This document shows positions 62,765-64,000 of a stretch of 64,000 nt of DNA, piece after piece (the first letter of the stretch is position 1; each line of letters begins with the position of its first letter). Made by a program: the position numbers and the translations under genes. Below the pieces are notes generated by a model. That model saw nothing but the letters and a program-made list of their open reading frames with translations. It had not been told where the DNA came from and searched no databases. This stretch comes from Tubulanus polymorphus. Taxonomy: Eukaryota; Animalia; Nemertea. The stretch is taken from NCBI RefSeq assembly GCF_964204645.1, contig NC_134034.1:8630962-8694961 (forward strand), in the 5' to 3' direction.

Positions 62765-63049
62765 AAGCTGGATTCACACTACCACTAATTCGACCGGTTC
62801 AGTTTGGATTGGACCAAATCCCTGAGTGTGCGTTCACATACACGTTGCTAAATTGGTTACAGATTGTAATGACTTGCAGTTTTATATTTGAATAATTGTG
62901 ATGATTGCAGTTTATTATATTATATAATATACTGCAATCATCACAATTGTTCAATTCAATTGTTTTAAACTCATCACGCTTCGGTCCAGTCCAAGTTGGA
63001 CCGAGCCAAATTTAGACCAGTCTAAATAACTTCGGGTGATCACGCTTTA
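62765..63049. mobile_element. MITE-like element (Harbinger-like ends) with a central hairpin
   Basis: Ends AAAGCTGGATTCACAC and GGTGATCACGCTTT, GGACC/GGTCC sub-repeats, internal inverted repeat AATTGTGATGATTGCAGT / ACTGCAATCATCACAATT. Confidence 0.45.
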
Positions 63050-63182
63050 ATGAACTTCAATACATTGCTTGATTAATATGCGAGATGCAAAATGCACTTT
63101 ATTTCATTTCTTTATACTTGCAAGTAGCAATACCTTTTTATTTAAATGTTTAATGTTTTCATTTTGATTTGATTAAGGAAAC

Positions 63183-63626
63183 ATGAAAGCAACTAACATG
63201 AGCAGTAGTGAAGATCTCCAAAATTCTGCCGCCCACTCGTACTCGAATACATCATCAGATGCAGAAAGTTTATCATCATTGTCATCAGATTCATCACATA
63301 TTCTACCTCTGGCAACATCAAGTCCTATCTATCCCACTGTTACATTGAATTCATTTAAAACACCCCTTCAATTTACCCCATTAGTTCAGAAAGTTCATCA
63401 AGAATCTCAAACAGACGTAGAAGAAGGAAAAGTTAATCTACACATATCCCTATTACAGAAACAACTAGAACAAAGAGATAGTCAGCTAGTTAAAATGGAA
63501 TTAGAAATTGAACGATTAAACAATACAATCGTTAAATTGAACCAACAATTGATGAAAAAAAAACAACATATTACTCGAAAAAGACAAGAAAATCGAAATT
63601 GTTCAGGCCGAAAACGAAAGTCTTAA
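63183..63626 (+). CDS. Unknown Ser-rich and coiled-coil ORF, probably part of a disrupted gene
   Basis: 147-aa ORF with a Ser-rich N-terminus, a heptad-rich segment LQKQLEQRDSQLVKMELEIERLNN and a basic tail. No recognisable family. Confidence 0.3.
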   Translation: MKATNMSSSEDLQNSAAHSYSNTSSDAESLSSLSSDSSHILPLATSSPIYPTVTLNSFKTPLQFTPLVQKVHQESQTDVEEGKVNLHISLLQKQLEQRDSQLVKMELEIERLNNTIVKLNQQLMKKKQHITRKRQENRNCSGRKRKS

Positions 63627-64000
63627 TAGCATTAAGTTGCACATGGATTCTGTTTTTGGCGCAACCAATATTATTCAGCTTCCTGATAGCTAAACCATCA
63701 ATGATCCAATCTTTAAAGGTCGATCTTATATCATCCGTGCACACGTCCACTTTCACTAAATTAGACGAACCAATCGTACCATCAATTTCAGCCGACAATA
63801 AATATGCATTATAGTTAGATTTTAGAGCGACAGAGGATAACTCATTACATGGTTCTGGAAAGAAATTACAGAACACTAAAGATGGAATACAATTATTCAT
63901 GAAAAAGAAAAAAGGAGACAAAAATTTCAAAATGCACATTTATATTATATCTGATGCGCAATTAAATATTATATATTCTCAATTAGATAGTATTCAATAT

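Noticed and set aside
55260-64000. 3' LTR of the Gypsy element
   Set aside because: No copy of the 46.0-46.7-kb sequence could be found by eye downstream of env.

Overview
AT-rich animal (probably invertebrate) genomic DNA made almost entirely of nested, mostly decayed transposable elements. No intact host gene, rRNA, tRNA or CRISPR array is recognisable. From left to right: an L2-type LINE split by a BEL/Pao LTR element with an intact 1841-aa polyprotein; a spliced PHD-finger pseudogene and a satellite; several Tx1/L1-like LINE 5' halves; a Sola2 transposase relic; a CR1-group LINE split by a spliced piggyBac; two Penelope elements with hammerhead-ribozyme motifs; a Helitron split by a Sola2 element that itself carries a Penelope and a Crack-like LINE; and a decayed Gypsy element with a baculovirus-F-like env and a chromodomain-like integrase tail. 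Four observations stand out. (1) 18 of 20 recognisable TE pieces lie on the + strand, as in a uni-strand, flamenco-like piRNA cluster. (2) The intact BEL element has a perfect 5-bp TSD but two non-matching ends and no copy of its 5' LTR at the 3' end. (3) The Gypsy element carries an env gene. (4) A 1.23-kb copy of that Gypsy element sits inside the neighbouring Helitron between 128-bp direct repeats. Family calls rest on motifs recognised by eye, not on database searches.
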